A DNA stretch of 64,000 bases from Gammaproteobacteria bacterium (GTDB taxonomy: Bacteria; Pseudomonadota; Gammaproteobacteria; Ga0077536), in NCBI GenBank assembly GCA_963662545.2, contig CAXXLL010000003.1, positions 608,001-672,000 on the forward strand, in the 5' to 3' direction. Shown one piece after another: positions 60,637-64,000 of this stretch. The translations under genes and the position numbers were made by a program. The number at the start of each line of letters is the position of its first letter. The first letter of the stretch is position 1. The notes beneath the pieces are model-generated. The model had not been told where the DNA came from. It worked only from the letters and a program-made list of their open reading frames with translations, and made no database searches.

Positions 60637-62082
60637 CTAAAACCGCTCGAGCTCGGGATGTGGTAACTGCCCGCCCTTGACGTGCATGGCGCCGAATTCA
60701 GCGCACCGGTTGAGGGTCGGCACGGCCTTGCCGGGATTCAGCATCAAATTCGCATCAAACGCGCTTTTGATCGCGTGAAACTGCGCGAGTTCGTGGTCGT
60801 CGAATTGCAGACACATCTCGTCGAGTTTCTCGACGCCGACGCCGTGCTCACCGGTGACCGTGCCGCCGACTTCCACGCAGAGTTGGAGTATGCGGCTGCC
60901 GATCTTCTCCGCGCGCTGCAGTTGGTCGTCGTCGTTGGAATCGTAGGCGATCAGGGGATGGAGGTTGCCGTCACCGGCATGAAAGACGTTGGCCACCGGC
61001 AGATCGAATTCGAGCGAGAGCTCATGTATGCGCTCCAGCACTCGTGCGAGGTGCTTGCGCGGAATCGTGCCGTCCATGCAGTAGTAATCCGGCGCGATGC
61101 GCCCGATCGCGGGAAACGCGGCCTTGCGGCCCTCCCAGAATTTGAGCCGCTCGGCTTCGTCGCGCGAGACGCGGATCTCTTGCGCGCCTGAGCCCTGCAA
61201 CAGCGCAGTCACGGTCTCAACCTGCGCGGCGACGTCCGCGCCGTTGCCATCGACCTCACATAGCAGGATCGCGGCGGCGTCCCGCGGATAGCCGGCGCCG
61301 CAATACGCTTCGGCGACCTCGATGGCCAACGCGTCCATCATTTCCAAGCCGGCGGGGACGATCCCCGCAGCGATGATGTCCGCCACGCCATCGCTCGCGG
61401 CCTGCACCGAATCGAACGACGCGAGCACGACGCGGGCGAGTTCAGGTTTCGGCAGCAACTTGACGGTGATCTCCGTGATGATGCCGAGCATGCCCTCGGA
61501 ACCATGCATTAAGGCGAGTACGTCGAGCCCCGGCACATCGAGCGCACGCGCGCCGAGCGTTAGCCAATCGCCCGCGGCAGTGAGAACTTTGAGCTCGAGT
61601 ACGTTGTGCACCGTCAGGCCATATTTAAGACAGTGCACACCGCCGGAATTCTCGGCGACGTTGCCTCCGATCGAGCAGGCGATCTGTGAAGAGGGATCGG
61701 GCGCATAGTAAAGGCCAAACGGCGCGGCAGCTTCGCTGATCGCAATATTGCGCACCCCCGCTTCGACAGTCGCCGTGCGATTATCGGGATCGATCTCGAG
61801 AATGCGGGTGAACCGCGCGAGGCTCAAAAGACAGCCTTCGGCAAGCGGCAGGGCGCCCCCCGAGAGACCCGTGCCGGCGCCTCGCGTAACCAACGGCACC
61901 TTGTGCTCAGCGCAGAGCGAAACGATGAGCTCGAGCTGCCGCTTGGTCTCCGGGACAACGACGACGCGCGGCACTTGACGGTAGGCCGAAAGACCGTCGC
62001 ATTCGTAAGGGCGCGTGGCCTCGCGCGTGGTCAATACCGCGTCGGGCGGCAGGATTTCGGCAAGTGCGGATTCCAATATCAT
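60637..62082 (-). CDS. glcD: Glycolate oxidase FAD subunit GlcD
   Basis: YECDGL, RGAGTGLSGG, PDPSSQIAC, HAGDGNLHP, GEHGVG. Confidence 0.92.
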   Translation of the reverse strand: MILESALAEILPPDAVLTTREATRPYECDGLSAYRQVPRVVVVPETKRQLELIVSLCAEHKVPLVTRGAGTGLSGGALPLAEGCLLSLARFTRILEIDPDNRTATVEAGVRNIAISEAAAPFGLYYAPDPSSQIACSIGGNVAENSGGVHCLKYGLTVHNVLELKVLTAAGDWLTLGARALDVPGLDVLALMHGSEGMLGIITEITVKLLPKPELARVVLASFDSVQAASDGVADIIAAGIVPAGLEMMDALAIEVAEAYCGAGYPRDAAAILLCEVDGNGADVAAQVETVTALLQGSGAQEIRVSRDEAERLKFWEGRKAAFPAIGRIAPDYYCMDGTIPRKHLARVLERIHELSLEFDLPVANVFHAGDGNLHPLIAYDSNDDDQLQRAEKIGSRILQLCVEVGGTVTGEHGVGVEKLDEMCLQFDDHELAQFHAIKSAFDANLMLNPGKAVPTLNRCAEFGAMHVKGGQLPHPELERF

Positions 62083-63302
62083 GAATCGAATCTGAAATCC
62101 GATGGCACCACGATCACGCCGTCTTCGGTCAACGGGAAACGCATCGCGTCCGCGGCAACATCAATACCGATTTTCTCGCCGGGCGGTATATGTACGTGGC
62201 GATCGCAGATGCATCGCCTGAGTTGCGTCCCTTCACCGACCTGTACATCGGAGTAAAGGATTGAATCCTCCACGGTCGCGCCGTCATCAATGAACACGCG
62301 ATTGCCCAACACGCTGTGGTTGACGCCGCCGCCCGCGATCACCGTACCGCCCGAGACGATCGAATTGACACAAATTCCTTCATTGGAAGAACGTCCCGGT
62401 ACCGTGCGCGCTGGCGGTCGTTGCGTCTGGTAGGTCCGTATCGGCCAGTCTGTCTGATACAAATCCAGCGGCGGCTCGAGTTCGAGCAAGTCCATGTTGG
62501 CATCGTAATAGGCGTCGAGATCGTCAAGCGTACGCCAGTAGCGATCCTGTGTTACGCGGCCCGCGGTCTCGCCGAAGCGGTAGGCGAGTACGCGTTTGAA
62601 TAAGTCGAGGTGCGCCCCGATCAATTCGGTCAGCGATATGTCGGTGCGATCGGCCGCATTCAACGTCGACAGCAATTCCACGAGTTTCTTGCGCTTTATG
62701 ACACAAACCTGAATCGGCCAGAGTAAGTTATCGGGGGCGTCGGATATCTTTGCGTTGCAGTGCAATGCCGTGACGTCAACACCGTCAACTTCAAGAGCGA
62801 CGGAAAAGCGCGCACCGTTCGCGTTCGCCGCGGGTACTCCAGCCATGGTGACATCGGCGTCGTGCTTGGCGTGATGGGCAAGCACCGCAGAGTAGTCCAT
62901 GCGGTAGATCTGCTCACCCGATACCAGCAGGATGTTTTCCTCGCTCGCGCCGTCGATCAAATACAAGTTTTTTAAGAGCGCGTCCGAAAGACCAGCGTAG
63001 GTGGAAACCCCTTCGCGAATCGGCGGTGTAATTGGGGTGATGAATTCGCCCAGGTCCGAGTTGTAGATTGACCAGCCGTCCCGAATATGGGTCTGCAGAG
63101 ACAGCGCATTGTATTGCGTTAAGACCAGAATTCGCCGTTGTCCGGAATGCAGACAATTCGTCAGCGCGAAATCGATGATTCGATAGCTCCCGCCGAACGG
63201 CATGGCCGCCGTGGCGCGACGTGCGGTCAGGGGTTCGAGCGACTTGCCGTCACCGATCGCGGTGACCATCGCGAGCGTATCGTTAAGGTCGGAGGTGAAC
63301 AT
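62079..63302 (-). CDS. Degenerate glucose-1-phosphate adenylyltransferase (GlgC-like)
   Basis: PFGG.YRIIDF.L.NC, LTQY, MDY, WPIRT, beta-helix tail; catalytic motifs altered. Confidence 0.85.
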   Translation of the reverse strand: MFTSDLNDTLAMVTAIGDGKSLEPLTARRATAAMPFGGSYRIIDFALTNCLHSGQRRILVLTQYNALSLQTHIRDGWSIYNSDLGEFITPITPPIREGVSTYAGLSDALLKNLYLIDGASEENILLVSGEQIYRMDYSAVLAHHAKHDADVTMAGVPAANANGARFSVALEVDGVDVTALHCNAKISDAPDNLLWPIQVCVIKRKKLVELLSTLNAADRTDISLTELIGAHLDLFKRVLAYRFGETAGRVTQDRYWRTLDDLDAYYDANMDLLELEPPLDLYQTDWPIRTYQTQRPPARTVPGRSSNEGICVNSIVSGGTVIAGGGVNHSVLGNRVFIDDGATVEDSILYSDVQVGEGTQLRRCICDRHVHIPPGEKIGIDVAADAMRFPLTEDGVIVVPSDFRFDS

Positions 63303-63509
63303 AATTCAGGGCCGCGCATTATACGCTCAGAAACCTGGGGGGAAAGCATCTCCGTCCTTACACTGAAAGTGTGCAAATGTACGATCATCAAGCAGCTAGC
63401 CTCGAGGTAAATGCGGCCTGAATTGGCCGGCGCCGGCCCCGCTTCGCTATAATGGCGTGCCACGCCACGCCCGGCGCCCGTTAAATCAAACGCTCGAATC
63501 CTCGCAAGC

Positions 63510-64000
63510 ATGGCGGAAGAATTTCTGGTCAACATCACTTCGCAGGAAACTCGCATTGCCGTCATCGAAAATGGCGTGATGCAGGAATTTGCGATCGAAC
63601 GCACGATAAACCGCGGACTGGTCGGGAATGTCTATCTCGGCACCGTCGCCCGGGTGTTGCCGGGCATGGGCGCCGCGTTTCTCGACATTGGCCTACAGCG
63701 CACGGCATTTCTTCGCGTTTCTGATATCGCCGAGGTAGCCCGCAGAAACGAGGACGATTGCGCGGAGGTGTCCATCGAGCAGGCTCTTCGTGAAGGCGAT
63801 GAGTTGATCGTACAGGTCGCCAAGGATCCGCTCGGCTCGAAAGGCGCGCGCCTGACCACACATATCAGCGTGCCGTCGCGATACCTAGTGTTCATGCCAC
63901 GCTCCAACACCGTCGGTATCTCGCAACGAATTGAAGAAGATTCGGAACGACAGCGTCTGCGCGATCTGATATTGGACCTCCGCCCGGGACTGCGGCCGAT
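63510..64000 (+). CDS. rng: Ribonuclease G, 5' part (runs off the window; absent from the ORF track)
   Basis: MAEEFLVNITSQETRIAVIENG...GNVYLG.V.RVLPGMGAAFLDIG...QVAKDPLGSKGARLTT. Confidence 0.95.
   Translation, partial: MAEEFLVNITSQETRIAVIENGVMQEFAIERTINRGLVGNVYLGTVARVLPGMGAAFLDIGLQRTAFLRVSDIAEVARRNEDDCAEVSIEQALREGDELIVQVAKDPLGSKGARLTTHISVPSRYLVFMPRSNTVGISQRIEEDSERQRLRDLILDLRPGLRP

Overview
A GC-rich chromosomal segment, probably from a gammaproteobacterium (inferred from gene order and protein style). Housekeeping blocks flank an accessory interior. Left block: tRNA-Leu(TAG)-tig-clpP-clpX-lon. Right block: alaC-hom-thrC-orf-recJ-prfB-lysS, tldD, glcD, a degenerate glgC and a partial rng. 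The interior carries signalling genes (kinase-HDOD, tandem PilZ, class III cyclase-TPR, PAS-GGDEF-EAL) and catabolic genes (two CoA transferases, Ltp2-like/DUF35, kynA-kynU, a dioxygenase, a Mo-oxidoreductase). It also holds an MNIO (DUF692) RiPP cluster with an EGKCG-repeat precursor, two IS elements (ISL3, ISNCY-type) and three MITE families. Most notable observations: (1) the RiPP precursor has extra Met-rich repeats, and its operon is interrupted by two metabolic genes; (2) a cNMP-domain MMPL transporter and LolA-like gene sit beside a cyclase with swapped specificity residues, and both the transporter and the cyclase are damaged (in-frame TGA; IS insertion); (3) a degenerate macro-like/SLOG fusion protein; (4) MITEs abutting stop codons, one sharing its end with the local ISNCY; (5) three tandem CRP-type boxes before a diguanylate cyclase; (6) a CxxCxxxC insert in ThrC; (7) a GlgC pseudoenzyme coupled to glcD. 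All family calls come from motif recognition by eye, not database searches.
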